64,000 nucleotides of DNA from an uncultured Gammaproteobacteria bacterium (GTDB lineage: Bacteria; Patescibacteriota; Patescibacteriia; UBA9934), in assembly GCA_964552565.1 (NCBI GenBank), contig CAZKGL010000001.1, positions 371,061-435,060 on the forward strand. The letters are read 5' to 3'. Position 1 is the first letter of the stretch. Each line of letters starts with the position of its first letter. This document shows positions 1 to 11,329 of this stretch, piece by piece. Below the pieces are notes generated by a model. The model worked only from the letters and a program-made list of their open reading frames with translations, made no database searches and had not been told where the DNA came from. A program made the position numbers and the translations under genes.

Positions 1-340
1 CCCCGATCCCCCGACGAGTGATCCATGCAATGAAATCCTTCTTCAGCGCCTCCTGGTCGTACCCGAACACGACGGTATCCGGTTTCTGTTCGGCCGCGGC
101 GGTGTAGACGCCCTCCGCGTCGTCGCCGGCAACGACCTCGTCGACCAGCCCCGAGGCAAGGAGTGCTGCGCTGCGCTCCGCGAACGGATGTACCGGTGCC
201 CTGCCCTTCAGCCGTGCGATGGTCGCGTCGGTCGCAAGGACGACGGTGAGCGATTCGCCATACGACTTCGCCTGGGTAAGGAAGTGTTCGTGGCCGGGAT
301 GGAGGCCGTCAAACGCGCCGAAGACCATCACGCGGTTCAT
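1..340 (-). CDS. Cytidylyl/adenylyltransferase-family protein, partial (C-terminus lies beyond window start)
   Basis: Minus-strand translation [21 protein letters not shown]... carries the HxGH nucleotidyltransferase motif. Its ATG overlaps the lysS TGA (ATGA). Confidence 0.55.
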   Translation of the reverse strand, partial: MNRVMVFGAFDGLHPGHEHFLTQAKSYGESLTVVLATDATIARLKGRAPVHPFAERSAALLASGLVDEVVAGDDAEGVYTAAAEQKPDTVVFGYDQEALKKDFIAWITRRGIG

Positions 341-1824
341 ACGTCGTCGGCCTTCGCCTCCGGACGCAGCGTCGGGAACAGGATGACTTCCTTCAGGTTC
401 GGCGAGTTCGTCAGGAACGCGACCAGGCGGTCGATGCCGATGCCGACGCCGCTCGCTGGCGGCATACCGTGTTCGAGGGCGTTGACGAACGCCTCGTCCA
501 TCCATTGCGCCTCTTCACTTCCCTTTTCACGCAGGTCCTGCTGCGCCGCGAAGCGCGCACGTTGGTCGACCGGATCGTTCAGTTCGTGGTAGTAGGCGTT
601 GATGATCTCCGCGCCTTGTACCACCAATTGTACCGACGCGCTTTTTGTCGGGTCGTCCGGGTGCGCTTTCGTGAGCGGTTTCAGTTCGATCGGATAGTCG
701 AACACCCACGTCGGCTGGAGCATGGTCGGGCGTGCGGTTTTCTTCCAGAGTTCGTCGAGATGTTCGCCGAGGCCCGTGCAGGTGCTGAAATCCACCGCGA
801 GTTTCGCTTTTTTTGCTGCAGCAACAACGTCCTTCGGCGACGAGAGTGTGTTGATGTCGATGCCGCAGTTGTCATTGATGGCATCGCGGAAGGTCGTGCG
901 CGGCCACGGCGCGGTGAAGTCGATTTCGCCGTCACCGTACGGGACGCGGGTCTTCCCAAACGCCGCGGTGATGGCGTGGACGACAAGGCGTTCGAGGAAG
1001 TCGACGTATGCATCTTTCTTCGCGTACGCCCAGTACATCTCGAGCATCGTGAACTCGGGGTTGTGCGAATAGTCGATGCCCTCGTTTCGGAAGCAGCGCC
1101 CGATCTCGTAGACCTTTTCGAAGCCGCCGACGAGTAGCCGCTTCAGGTACAGCTCAGGCGCGATTCGCAAATAGAACTCGCTGTCGAGTGCATTGTGATG
1201 CGTCACGAACGGCCGCGCACTTGCACCGCCGGGGATCGGCTGGAGGATGGGCGTTTCGACTTCGAGGAAGCCGTGCTGGTCGAGGAAGCTGCGGATCGCG
1301 GACACGAGTTTCGAGCGCACGACGAATCGCTCCCGGACTTCTGGGTTCGCAATCAAATCGAGTTCGCGATGGCGGTAGCGGGTTTCGACATCTTGGAGGC
1401 CGTGCCACTTGTCCGGAAGCGGTGCAAGGGCTTTGGCGAGGATGGTCCACGCCGAGGCCATGACTGACCGCTCGCCTTTCTTTGTGACGAACATCGTGCC
1501 GGTGAAGCCGAAGAAATCGCCGACGTCGGCGTGGTCGAGGAATGTCGCGTACGTCTCCGCGCCGACCTCGTCCTCCTTGAGGATGGCCTGCATGCTGCCC
1601 GTGCCGTCTTCGAGCCGGATGAACGTCAGCCCGCCCATTTGGCGGATGGCGCGGACCCTGCCGACGACCGTCACCGAAGCGCCTGTGGTGTGCAGCTCCT
1701 CAAAGGCGGCGAGCACTGCGCCGATCTCGTGGGTACGCTCCACGGTCGCGGGATACGGGGCGATCCCCTTTGCCTCAAGGCTGGCCAACCGATCGCGGCG
1801 CATCTGTTTTTCGTCACCGGACAT
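337..1824 (-). CDS. lysS: Lysine--tRNA ligase (class II)
   Basis: 497-aa ORF with class II aaRS motifs (FRNEGID..., GGxGIGIDRL). The track ORF starts at TTG 1830; the first ATG gives MSGDEKQ at ~1824. Confidence 0.9.
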   Translation of the reverse strand: MSGDEKQMRRDRLASLEAKGIAPYPATVERTHEIGAVLAAFEELHTTGASVTVVGRVRAIRQMGGLTFIRLEDGTGSMQAILKEDEVGAETYATFLDHADVGDFFGFTGTMFVTKKGERSVMASAWTILAKALAPLPDKWHGLQDVETRYRHRELDLIANPEVRERFVVRSKLVSAIRSFLDQHGFLEVETPILQPIPGGASARPFVTHHNALDSEFYLRIAPELYLKRLLVGGFEKVYEIGRCFRNEGIDYSHNPEFTMLEMYWAYAKKDAYVDFLERLVVHAITAAFGKTRVPYGDGEIDFTAPWPRTTFRDAINDNCGIDINTLSSPKDVVAAAKKAKLAVDFSTCTGLGEHLDELWKKTARPTMLQPTWVFDYPIELKPLTKAHPDDPTKSASVQLVVQGAEIINAYYHELNDPVDQRARFAAQQDLREKGSEEAQWMDEAFVNALEHGMPPASGVGIGIDRLVAFLTNSPNLKEVILFPTLRPEAKADDV

Positions 1825-1887
1825 AGGCAAAACAAAAGAGACCTGTCCCCGAAATTCTATCGGTTCCAGGCCCCTCTGTAAAGTCGC

Positions 1888-2352
1888 TTAGGCAATGGCG
1901 ACGACCTCGTAGGTCATGGTCCCGGAAGGGACCGTCACCTCGACCTTGTCCCCTACCCCTTTGCCGACGAACGCGGCGCCAAGCGGTGAGACGTTGCTGA
2001 TCTTCCCCTCCATCGGATTGGCCTCGTTTTCGCCGACGAGCTCAAAGTTGCGTTCCGTCGCGCCGGTTTTCACCGTGAATTTCGACCCGAGGCCGATAGT
2101 GCCGCCGGCCTTGCTTTCCACGATCTGCGCGGTGGCGATCATGTGCTGCAAGGTGACGATGCGCATTTCGTTTTGCCCCTGCTGCTCCTTGGCATCATGG
2201 TATTCAAAGTTTTCGGAGATGTCGCCAAGTTCCTTGGCATCACCGATTTTTTGCGCGATGAGCGGGCGGAGAACCTTCATACGATGCGCAAGTTCGTCCT
2301 TGAGCATCTGCAGGCCTTCCGCGGAAATGTGGGTAACGCTTTTATGGTCCAT
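1888..2352 (-). CDS. greA: Transcription elongation factor GreA
   Basis: MDHKSVTHISAEGLQMLKDEL...DISENFEYHDAKEQQ (acidic finger) followed by a C-terminal FKBP-like domain. The internal ATG was chosen as the start. Confidence 0.85.
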   Translation of the reverse strand: MDHKSVTHISAEGLQMLKDELAHRMKVLRPLIAQKIGDAKELGDISENFEYHDAKEQQGQNEMRIVTLQHMIATAQIVESKAGGTIGLGSKFTVKTGATERNFELVGENEANPMEGKISNVSPLGAAFVGKGVGDKVEVTVPSGTMTYEVVAIA

Positions 2353-2430
2353 ACGAACGAAATCCGCCCCGCAACGCGGGACGGCTAATTTGTAAAGCAA
2401 CTATAAACAGCCTGAGCAGAAGCTGTCAAG

Positions 2431-4341
2431 CTAGCGCGAAAAGTACCACGTCAAAATGTCCTTTGCGACCGGGATGGCGAGAGAGGATTTGCCGCCGCCC
2501 TCTGCGATGACGGTCAACGTGATTGCCGACGCGTCGTCCGGCGCGAAGCCGGCAAACCACGCGGGCGGGGGCGCGGTGCGAGACCACTGCGCCGTCCCCG
2601 TCTTGCCGCACACCTCGGTCGGCACCGCCTGCAGCGAGGTCGCGGAGCCCTGCGTCACCGTGCGGCGCATCGCGTCCTTGATGACCTGTGCGACCTCGTC
2701 GGTGACGACCTGTTTCGTCGCTGCCTCCTGCCCGAGGACGAGGTGCGGCGTCGTCAGGACGCCGTTGTTCGCAAACACCGAGGTCGCACGCGCGATCTGC
2801 ACCGGCGTTACGAGGAAGTCACCCTGCCCGATGGAGACGTTGTACGTGTTGCCGATGTACCACGGCTCGCCCGTTTCCGATTCCTTCCACTCCGGCGTCG
2901 GCAAGAAGCCGTCCGCTTCGCCCGGAATGTCGAGACCGCTTTGCGACCCGAACCCGAATGTTGCCGCCCACCCCATGAGCCGGTCGATGCCCATGCCCTG
3001 GAAGGTGTCGAATCCGCCGCCGATGATGTAGAAAAACGTGTTCACGGAGTCGGCGATGGCGTGGTAGACGTTCGTGACGCCATGTCCGCCGGCGCGCCAG
3101 TCCGGGAAGAACCGGTCGCCGATCTGCAGGCCGCCGCTCGAAAGGAACGACGTCGACGCGGTAATGATGCCGTCCGTCAGCGCCGCCGCGGCAAAGACCG
3201 GTTTGATGGTGGATCCGGACGGGTACTCGCCGGCCGACGCGCGCGGGAACAACGGATCGTTCTCATCCTCGAGGAGCGCGCGGTACGCCGCTTCGTCGAT
3301 GCCGCGCGCAAACAAGTTTGCGTCGTACGCCGGCCAGGAGACGAGCGCGAGTACTTCGCCGTTGCGGGGATCCATGGCGACGACCGCCGCGCGCTCGGAC
3401 CCCGTCCCCTTCAGGCGTTGCGCGAGCACGTACTCGATCTGCGCCTGGAGCGTCGCGTCGATGGACAGCGTCAACCGTTCGCCGTTCACCGGGTCCACTT
3501 TGGCGATGGTGCGGAGATACTCGCCGACCGCATCGACCTCGATGGTTTCTTTCCCGTACGCGCCGCGCAACGTCGCTTCGTGCGAGGCCTCGACGCCTTG
3601 CTTGCCGATGCGGTCGTACGACACATACCCGTCGTCGCGCCGCGCCGCATACTCCTCGGCGCTGATGATGCCGGTATACCCGAGTACGTGCGAGAGCGAC
3701 GGGAGGTCGTCGGTAATATACGCGCGCTGTTCGCCAAGGACGATGTCGATCCCCTGTACCTCGTCGTCATGCACGGCGAACTCGAGCGCGGCCTCGTATG
3801 GCACGTCGAGCATGAGGACGGCTTCCGCCGCGTTACCCGCCGCGTTGTAGGCGTCGGTGAACTGCGTCGGGTCGGCGCCGATCTGCACTGCCACGTCGGA
3901 AAACAGCGTCTCGCGGGCGACCAGGTCGTCCGGCAGTTCGTCCATGCGGCCGACGAGCGTGAAGGATGGCGTGTTATTTGCGAGCACGACCCCGTTGCGG
4001 TCCGTAATAATTCCGCGTTCTGCCGGCAGGATGTGCGTCCGGACGCGGTTCGCCTCGGCAAGGGCGCGGTAGGTCGCTCCCTGCGCGACCTGGAGGTACC
4101 CGGCGCGCAGCACGAAGACGCCGAGCAGCGCGAGCGCGATGATCGTGCCGGCCCGGAACCTGCTGCCGGCGACGATGTTCCCCACGAACGCGCCGGCCGG
4201 CTGGAGCGCCACGGACGGACGCCGGCTGACCGCTTCGTTGAGCGCGGTGTCCTGTACGCCGGCTTCAACCGGGCCCAGCTCGTCGAGCGGGAGGAGGCCG
4301 AACGGCGACGGCGTGCGCGGGCGCTGACGAAACATTCCCAT
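2431..4341 (-). CDS. mrdA: Penicillin-binding protein 2 (elongasome transpeptidase)
   Basis: 636 aa with an N-terminal TM segment, SxxK (PSGSTIKP), KTGTA and a dimerisation domain. It sits immediately downstream of mreBCD. Confidence 0.85.
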   Translation of the reverse strand: MGMFRQRPRTPSPFGLLPLDELGPVEAGVQDTALNEAVSRRPSVALQPAGAFVGNIVAGSRFRAGTIIALALLGVFVLRAGYLQVAQGATYRALAEANRVRTHILPAERGIITDRNGVVLANNTPSFTLVGRMDELPDDLVARETLFSDVAVQIGADPTQFTDAYNAAGNAAEAVLMLDVPYEAALEFAVHDDEVQGIDIVLGEQRAYITDDLPSLSHVLGYTGIISAEEYAARRDDGYVSYDRIGKQGVEASHEATLRGAYGKETIEVDAVGEYLRTIAKVDPVNGERLTLSIDATLQAQIEYVLAQRLKGTGSERAAVVAMDPRNGEVLALVSWPAYDANLFARGIDEAAYRALLEDENDPLFPRASAGEYPSGSTIKPVFAAAALTDGIITASTSFLSSGGLQIGDRFFPDWRAGGHGVTNVYHAIADSVNTFFYIIGGGFDTFQGMGIDRLMGWAATFGFGSQSGLDIPGEADGFLPTPEWKESETGEPWYIGNTYNVSIGQGDFLVTPVQIARATSVFANNGVLTTPHLVLGQEAATKQVVTDEVAQVIKDAMRRTVTQGSATSLQAVPTEVCGKTGTAQWSRTAPPPAWFAGFAPDDASAITLTVIAEGGGKSSLAIPVAKDILTWYFSR

Positions 4342-4347
4342 ATCGGG

Positions 4348-4857
4348 TTATCGTACCACGAAGGTGCGCTGGACCCAGCTGCGGAAGGTCACGATGGTGA
4401 CGAACCCGACGTACAGCCCCGCGAGGAGCAGGATGAACGTCCACGCGCCCTCGTGCAATAGGCGCCCGAACGTCGGCCCGGCGCCTTGGATGGCGGTGCG
4501 GAGCAGGGAAAGCGCGAGAAACAGGCTCACGGCGGAAAGGCCGCTTACCAGTCCAAGGCCGAGAAGCGCGTACACGGAGCGCGTCGCGAACACACGCTCC
4601 ACGAGGAGCGCGGCGAGGAACGCCGTGGCGATGACGGGGATGCACCATCCCGGCGTGATGCCGCGCACCTCGAGGACCAGCGCGCCGATGACGAGCCACG
4701 CGACGCCGGGGCCCACGCCGACGCGGTGCATGACGAGAAGTCCGGTGACCAGCATGAGGGGAAAGACCGCGAGCGGGTACGGCAGGGACGGCACACCCGC
4801 GAACGCGACGACCGCAGTGACGAGGAACAGCGCGGTGAGGAGTGCGGCTTCGCGCAT
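4348..4857 (-). CDS. mreD: Rod shape-determining protein MreD
   Basis: Small polytopic membrane protein directly after mreC. The start was chosen at MREAALL; the track ORF extends to 4896. Confidence 0.65.
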   Translation of the reverse strand: MREAALLTALFLVTAVVAFAGVPSLPYPLAVFPLMLVTGLLVMHRVGVGPGVAWLVIGALVLEVRGITPGWCIPVIATAFLAALLVERVFATRSVYALLGLGLVSGLSAVSLFLALSLLRTAIQGAGPTFGRLLHEGAWTFILLLAGLYVGFVTIVTFRSWVQRTFVVR

Positions 4858-4859
4858 AC

Positions 4860-5666
4860 TTACTCGGCGATGTCGACGACGAGCACGTTCGTCCACGTCC
4901 GCGCGTCGTACAGCGGTTCAATGAGCGCCTCGAGGAACGGCGCGGTGTCTTCGCTGATGACGCTCGTCACGAGGCCGACGACGATGCCCTGCGGCAGTTC
5001 GGCCGCAAGGCCCGACGTCACGACAATATCGCCTTCCGCGATGGCGGCGTCTTCCGGGATGTAGCGCATCCGGAGCACGCTGCCCTCCTGCCCTTCCACG
5101 AGGCCGATGGTGCGCGTCTTGCCGAGAATCGTCGCGGGAATGCTGCTGTCGCGGCTGTGGACGAGGCGAACGCGCGCCGACCCGTAGAACACGTCGCTGA
5201 CGACGCCAAACAGGTGGCCGTCCGCGACCACCACGGCCATCCCGGTCGCAATGCCGTCCGCACTGCCTTTGTCGATCGTCACCATCGCCGCGTCAGGGAG
5301 CGACCGCGCGGTGATGCGCGCCGCCGTGCCCGTCGTTCCGGATTCGCGCATGTACCCGATGATCGCCTCGAGCTCAGCCACGCTCTTCGCGTCCTCAAAC
5401 AGCGCCGCCTCGCGCACCGTCGCGTCCCCGAGCCGTTCCTCGCATGCGGCGAGGGCGGTGCTGACGGATTCTTCCGAGCTGAACATGCGACCGATGACGT
5501 TGCCGACGCCGGTGCCCGCGACGACCATGCCGTGCTCCACGTAGCCGAGCAGGACGCCGACCGGCGGGATGGAGCGCAACAGCAAGTACGCCGCGACCAT
5601 GGCGGCGAAGATGATGGCGGTCCGGATGCCCCGCGGCGTTCGAGGAGTCCCCACGATGCGTCGCAT
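4860..5666 (-). CDS. mreC: Rod shape-determining protein MreC
   Basis: 268 aa with an N-terminal TM segment and MreC-like beta domains. Position between mreB and mreD. Confidence 0.85.
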   Translation of the reverse strand: MRRIVGTPRTPRGIRTAIIFAAMVAAYLLLRSIPPVGVLLGYVEHGMVVAGTGVGNVIGRMFSSEESVSTALAACEERLGDATVREAALFEDAKSVAELEAIIGYMRESGTTGTAARITARSLPDAAMVTIDKGSADGIATGMAVVVADGHLFGVVSDVFYGSARVRLVHSRDSSIPATILGKTRTIGLVEGQEGSVLRMRYIPEDAAIAEGDIVVTSGLAAELPQGIVVGLVTSVISEDTAPFLEALIEPLYDARTWTNVLVVDIAE

Positions 5667-5669
5667 AGG

Positions 5670-6722
<1,053 letters not shown>

Positions 6723-6793
6723 ACGGGGATCCGGAGCTTCATACTACCCGATTCCCCCTTGGTTTCGCCACCCAAGTTACCCACTTGTTGCCC

Positions 6794-7174
6794 TCACGCG
6801 TTTTTCTTGCCGGCAAGGAAGAAAAATTCCACTAACGTTACCAAAAGAACGAGCAGGACGACGGTCCAAATGGTGAGCATGTCGCGCGACGAGAGATAGA
6901 GCGACGCGAGGAACAGCACGGCGAAGAACACGCCCTGCCGCAGCGACCGGGCTACCGCGACGCCGACGTCGCCGGTCTTGTCCCTGCTGACGCGCGCCAA
7001 CGTCCCGACGATCGAGAAGAGCCCGACCGCCCCCGCCCCGAGCGTCACGTACAGCGCAAGGAACGCCAGGGCGCCGGCGGTTGCGGGGTCGATGGCAAAG
7101 AGCACGATGCCCGCAGCCGAGAGCGCAGCGACCGTGCCGACGCTGAGCGCGATGAGATAGTCGCGGAGGTTCAT
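6794..7174 (-). CDS. Hypothetical polytopic membrane protein
   Basis: 126-aa ORF with 3-4 hydrophobic helices, in an operon-like position upstream of mreB. Confidence 0.45.
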   Translation of the reverse strand: MNLRDYLIALSVGTVAALSAAGIVLFAIDPATAGALAFLALYVTLGAGAVGLFSIVGTLARVSRDKTGDVGVAVARSLRQGVFFAVLFLASLYLSSRDMLTIWTVVLLVLLVTLVEFFFLAGKKNA

Positions 7175-7503
7175 AGGTCGTTATGAGTATACCATTCTTC
7201 GCCGCTGACGCGCGTGATGATGCGGCTGAAGGTCTTGTCCGGGAAGGTGCGCTCCAGCTCGCCGCGCAAGGCGGGCAGAAGCGGTTGGACGTCGTACGAC
7301 GCCGCGGCGTGGCGGCAGCTGACAACAAGCTCGTCGTTTTTGTACACGACGACACGCGCATCGTCAGCGAGCGGCGTCCCCGCCACGAGCGAGGAGAGGA
7401 TGTGGTTTGCGCGCTGGACGACCATCGTCGCCGTCACCTGCTTCTGGATGCCATGGCGGTTCAGCGCGGAGTTCAGGAGGTTTCCAAGGCCGTGCATACT
7501 CAT
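7171..7503 (-). CDS. DUF721/DciA-like small protein
   Basis: 110 aa; the pattern is recalled from memory as matching the DUF721 family. Its start overlaps the stop of the downstream gene. Confidence 0.45.
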   Translation of the reverse strand: MSMHGLGNLLNSALNRHGIQKQVTATMVVQRANHILSSLVAGTPLADDARVVVYKNDELVVSCRHAAASYDVQPLLPALRGELERTFPDKTFSRIITRVSGEEWYTHNDL

Positions 7504-8318
7504 TCGTGCGTGATAAACGACGCCACTTCAGCCGGGTGCAGGCTCAACAGTTCGCGGATGCTCATCTGTTGCGCCAGCTGCGCGGCGAGTCGCATGCCGT
7601 AAAAGTACCCCGCACGGTTGTGGACGTGCGGTGCGTCGTCATTTGCCGTCAACAGTGTCGCGTCTGCCGTGGCGGCCCAGGTTCCGCGCAACCGCTGCCA
7701 CGCTTCGTGCTCCGACGCGGCAAGCGACGTCATCCAGTCATGCACCCACGCTGCCGGACGATAATCCGCCCATAACGCGTCGCCTTCGGAAATGCCGAGC
7801 GCGCGCATCGTCACGAACGACGCAAGGCCTTCCGTGAACACCGCACGGCCGGTGCGGAAGTACGCATCCCGTGTTGACGGATACCACTCCGGAGACGTCC
7901 GATAATGGATGGCGTGCGCGAGTTCGTGGGTCATGAACACCTCGACCTGTTTTCGGGTCGTATAGGCTTCAAGCGCGATCCACGCGTAGCCGGCGCCGTC
8001 GAGCATGACCGCGTGTCCGCTCGCCGTGCCGTTCCCAAGCAGGGCGACGCAATCCGGGACGCGGTCGACGGCGCACGTCGCCATGAGCCGTTGCTTGATG
8101 TCCGGAAACGCCGCGTCCGCGGCACGGAGCATCGCCTGCACTGCGGCCGCATCGTACGTCTCGCCGGTCACGAACGGGACGACGTCTTCCCCGTGGTTCC
8201 AGATGACCGCGAGTTGGTTCAAGGCATGTCCCGCGTCTTGGCGGTAGGCAACCGCATCCGTCAGCCGCAGCGCGCCGCGTGTCGTCGTAAAGTGGTTCGT
8301 GATGGCGTCGAGCAGCAT
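7500..8318 (-). CDS. Putative HExxH zinc-metallopeptidase-like protein
   Basis: 272 aa with an MTHELAHAIHY HExxH motif. Family assignment is uncertain. Confidence 0.5.
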   Translation of the reverse strand: MLLDAITNHFTTTRGALRLTDAVAYRQDAGHALNQLAVIWNHGEDVVPFVTGETYDAAAVQAMLRAADAAFPDIKQRLMATCAVDRVPDCVALLGNGTASGHAVMLDGAGYAWIALEAYTTRKQVEVFMTHELAHAIHYRTSPEWYPSTRDAYFRTGRAVFTEGLASFVTMRALGISEGDALWADYRPAAWVHDWMTSLAASEHEAWQRLRGTWAATADATLLTANDDAPHVHNRAGYFYGMRLAAQLAQQMSIRELLSLHPAEVASFITHE

Positions 8319-8319
8319 A

Positions 8320-11277
8320 TTAGACGGCTGAGTGTTCGCAAATCTCCTTGAAGTCGCAGTACTCGCAGGCGTGGTGCGACGGCGTCGGCGCGAAGTCGCT
8401 GTGCACGATGGCGTCCATAAACGTCCGAATGTCGTCCGTCAGCCGCTCCTTGTCGTCGTCGGCCACGTCAAAGCTCACCGTCGAGTTGTCGCCAAGGTAA
8501 TAATACGTCACTTTTTTCACCGGCGGGGCGTCCGGGAAACATTGTTCGACCGCCATTGCATAGAGTACGAGCTGCCGCTTTTCGTCCCACCCGATGTCCT
8601 TGCTCGTTTTCGGCTTGCCCGTCTTGTAGTCGACGATCTCCACGCCGTCGTCGCAGGCGTCGATGCGGTCGATGCGGCCCTTCACGCACACGCCCGCGAC
8701 TTTCAGCGTGAAGCCTTTTTCAAGATACAGCGGCTTTGGCTGCTCGGTGAGCGTCCTCGCGTGGAATGCGCGCAGCGATTCCCTTCCTTCCTTGCGGTAC
8801 TCCTCTTTTTGCTCCTCGCTCTCGTACCACTCGTCGATCCAGCACTCCTGGAACATCGTGAGGAGGTCGTTGACGCCCGGGACGGTTGGCGCGAGCGCGG
8901 GCGCGTCGAACAACGACGCTTGCGGCGCGGCCTCCTGCGGAAGCAGGTGCTCCATGAACCGCTGCAGCGCGTTGTGCATCGACTTTCCGAAGCTCATTTG
9001 GTACCGCCCGAACACCGGCACATGGAGCACATGCGCGAACTTGTACTGGAGCGGGCACTTCGCGAACGCGGTGATTTGCGTGAAGCTCAGTTTGTCCGGG
9101 ACGCCCACGTCGATGGGGCGCGTGTCCGGCGACGCGTCCTGCGTCTCGAACGCCGCTCGTTCCTTTTTCGTCACGATCTGCGACGGGTCGACGAAACCCA
9201 GCTCGACAAGGAACCGTGACGGCTTTTTGTATCGCGCCCCGCCGTAATCTTTGGCGGACATGAGGTACAGGCCGTCCTTGGCGCGGGTCATAGCGACGTA
9301 GAACAGGCGCCGTTCTTCGCGATGGTGCTCCTCGCTCGACCATTCCTCGTCGCGCATGAGGCCGGGCGGGAATGCCAACGCCGCGCCGCGGGACTGCGAC
9401 GGGAAGCGTTGTTCGACGAGGTTCACGACGAACACATACCGGAACTCCAAGCCCTTTGCCGCGTGGACGGTCATGATGCTGACGACGTCCGGCCCCTCCT
9501 CCGCGTCCTGTGGCAGCGAGCCCGCTTCGCCGGCCGCGCGTTCGTGCGCGAACTCTTCCAGGAATGCATGCAGCGACCGGTCCGGCGCGGTCTGCGCAAA
9601 GCGGCGCAGCCGCTCGAGGAACGACTGGAGATAGCCGTACTGCTCGCGCTGTTCGCGTTCCGGCCGCGTCGCGATCGCGCCGAGGATCCCGGTCTGCTTC
9701 ACGACCTCCACGAAAAGTTCGGTCACCGGAAGGCGTTTCGCCGTACGGCGGAGCGTCTCGAGCTCTTGGAGCAATTCCAGTGCGCGCCGCTTCCCTTCCA
9801 TACTGACGCGCGGCAACATGGTCGCGCTTTCGAGCGCCCGGTGGAGCGTCAGTCCGCGTTTTTTGCCGTGGAGCGTGAGCTCGACGACGTCGGCTTCGCT
9901 CATGCCGAGCGTCGGGTGGCTGAGCACGCGGTACATCGATGGGCCGTCATGCGGTTGGTCGATGACGCGGAGGTACGCCAGGGCGTCGAGGATGACCGGT
10001 TTCGTGTAGAGGCCCGAGAGCGCGACAAAGCGGTACGGGATCCCCGCGCGTTCGAGTTCGAGGATGAACGGTTCGGCCGCATCGTTGGCGCGCACAAGGA
10101 TGGCGACTTCGGCCCACGGGCACCCCTGTCCGTGGAGCGCAAGGATGGTTTCGGCGGTCTGGCGTACCTCGTCGGTAAGCGTCGCGGCGTGGACGTGATG
10201 GACGAATCCGTCGGTGCCGTTTGCCGCGACAAGGCGCTTGTCGAGCGCTTCGCTCGCCTCGAGCCGGTGCGGGTTGTTGTGCTGGATAAGGGCGTAGGAG
10301 CGGTCGAGGATCGCTTTGCCGCTGCGGTAGTTGTGCGTGAGGACGACGCGCGTCGCGTCCGGGAAATCCGTGCGGAAGTTGAGGATGTTTGCGAGCGCGG
10401 CGCCGCGGAAGCGGTAGATTGCCTGGTCGTCGTCGCCGACCACGGTGACGTTGCGGCGGGTGCCGGCAAGGAGTTTGACAAGCTCGTACTGTGCGCGGTT
10501 CGTGTCCTGGAACTCGTCGACGACGATGAACCGGAACTGCTCTTGGAATTTTTTGAGGACGTTCGGACGCGTGCGGAAGAGTTCGAGCGTGTACGCGATG
10601 AGGTCGCCGAAGTCGAGCGCGCCGTTTTCCGTGAGCAGCTGCTGGTACGTCCGGTACGCGTCGGCGAGTTCGCGCCACTTTTTGCGTTCGAGCGCTTTTT
10701 CGTCATCCGTGAGGGCTGCGAGTACGTTCGGGTCGCCGCCGCTCGCGTCCTCGTCAAGCTCCGCGGCGCGTGCAAGGTACATCTCCGGCGTGACGCATTC
10801 GTCTTTTGCGCGCGAGAAGTGCTGCAGCATCGCCTCGATGAACTTCGTCGGCGTACCGCGAGGTGTGTAGTAGTCGAGATTGAAGCGGTCGAGGTTGCGG
10901 CGCACGAGGAGCCACGCGTCGACGTCGGTCACGAGCGTGAAGGTATTCGGCAGCCCGATGTCGAGGCCGTGTGCGCGGAGTACGCGCTCGCAGAAGCCGT
11001 GGAACGTCGAGATCCACAACTCCAAATAGCCGATCGGCAACAACCGGTCGACGCGTTCCTCCATTTCGTTCGCCGCCTTGTCGGTAAACGTCAGCGCAAG
11101 GATCTCGTCCTGCTTCGCCTTCCCGGTTTCGATGAGCCAGGCGATGCGGTGCGTGATGGCCTTGGTCTTGCCGGTGCCTGCCCCTGCGACGATCATGAGC
11201 GGCCCCTCGCCGTGGGTGACGGCGGCGCGTTGCGCGTCATTGAGGCCCTCGAGGAGGCGGTCGGGCTGCTCCGGCAT
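8320..11277 (-). CDS. UvrD/PcrA-family SF1 helicase fused to a C-terminal PD-(D/E)XK nuclease domain with a Cys cluster
   Basis: Helicase motifs: Walker A (GAGTGKT), motif II (DEFQDT), motif III (GDDDQAIY), motif VI (VAMTRAK). The C-terminus has GRIDRID...IVDYK plus AKCP...CEYCDFKEIC, resembling AddB/Cas4 nuclease domains. Confidence 0.85.
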   Translation of the reverse strand: MPEQPDRLLEGLNDAQRAAVTHGEGPLMIVAGAGTGKTKAITHRIAWLIETGKAKQDEILALTFTDKAANEMEERVDRLLPIGYLELWISTFHGFCERVLRAHGLDIGLPNTFTLVTDVDAWLLVRRNLDRFNLDYYTPRGTPTKFIEAMLQHFSRAKDECVTPEMYLARAAELDEDASGGDPNVLAALTDDEKALERKKWRELADAYRTYQQLLTENGALDFGDLIAYTLELFRTRPNVLKKFQEQFRFIVVDEFQDTNRAQYELVKLLAGTRRNVTVVGDDDQAIYRFRGAALANILNFRTDFPDATRVVLTHNYRSGKAILDRSYALIQHNNPHRLEASEALDKRLVAANGTDGFVHHVHAATLTDEVRQTAETILALHGQGCPWAEVAILVRANDAAEPFILELERAGIPYRFVALSGLYTKPVILDALAYLRVIDQPHDGPSMYRVLSHPTLGMSEADVVELTLHGKKRGLTLHRALESATMLPRVSMEGKRRALELLQELETLRRTAKRLPVTELFVEVVKQTGILGAIATRPEREQREQYGYLQSFLERLRRFAQTAPDRSLHAFLEEFAHERAAGEAGSLPQDAEEGPDVVSIMTVHAAKGLEFRYVFVVNLVEQRFPSQSRGAALAFPPGLMRDEEWSSEEHHREERRLFYVAMTRAKDGLYLMSAKDYGGARYKKPSRFLVELGFVDPSQIVTKKERAAFETQDASPDTRPIDVGVPDKLSFTQITAFAKCPLQYKFAHVLHVPVFGRYQMSFGKSMHNALQRFMEHLLPQEAAPQASLFDAPALAPTVPGVNDLLTMFQECWIDEWYESEEQKEEYRKEGRESLRAFHARTLTEQPKPLYLEKGFTLKVAGVCVKGRIDRIDACDDGVEIVDYKTGKPKTSKDIGWDEKRQLVLYAMAVEQCFPDAPPVKKVTYYYLGDNSTVSFDVADDDKERLTDDIRTFMDAIVHSDFAPTPSHHACEYCDFKEICEHSAV

Positions 11278-11329
11278 ATCGGCCCTATTCTACCCCGCAA
11301 CGGCGTGTCAGCCAACCCGCAAAATTTCG

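Noticed and set aside
188-592. 134-aa plus-strand ORF at window start
   Set aside because: It overlaps the nucleotidyltransferase and lysS genes on the opposite strand and has a Cys/Arg-rich artefactual composition.
2743-4461. 572-aa plus-strand ORF antisense to PBP2
   Set aside because: Arg/Ala-rich low-complexity translation typical of the opposite strand of a high-GC gene. The minus-strand frame has clear PBP motifs.
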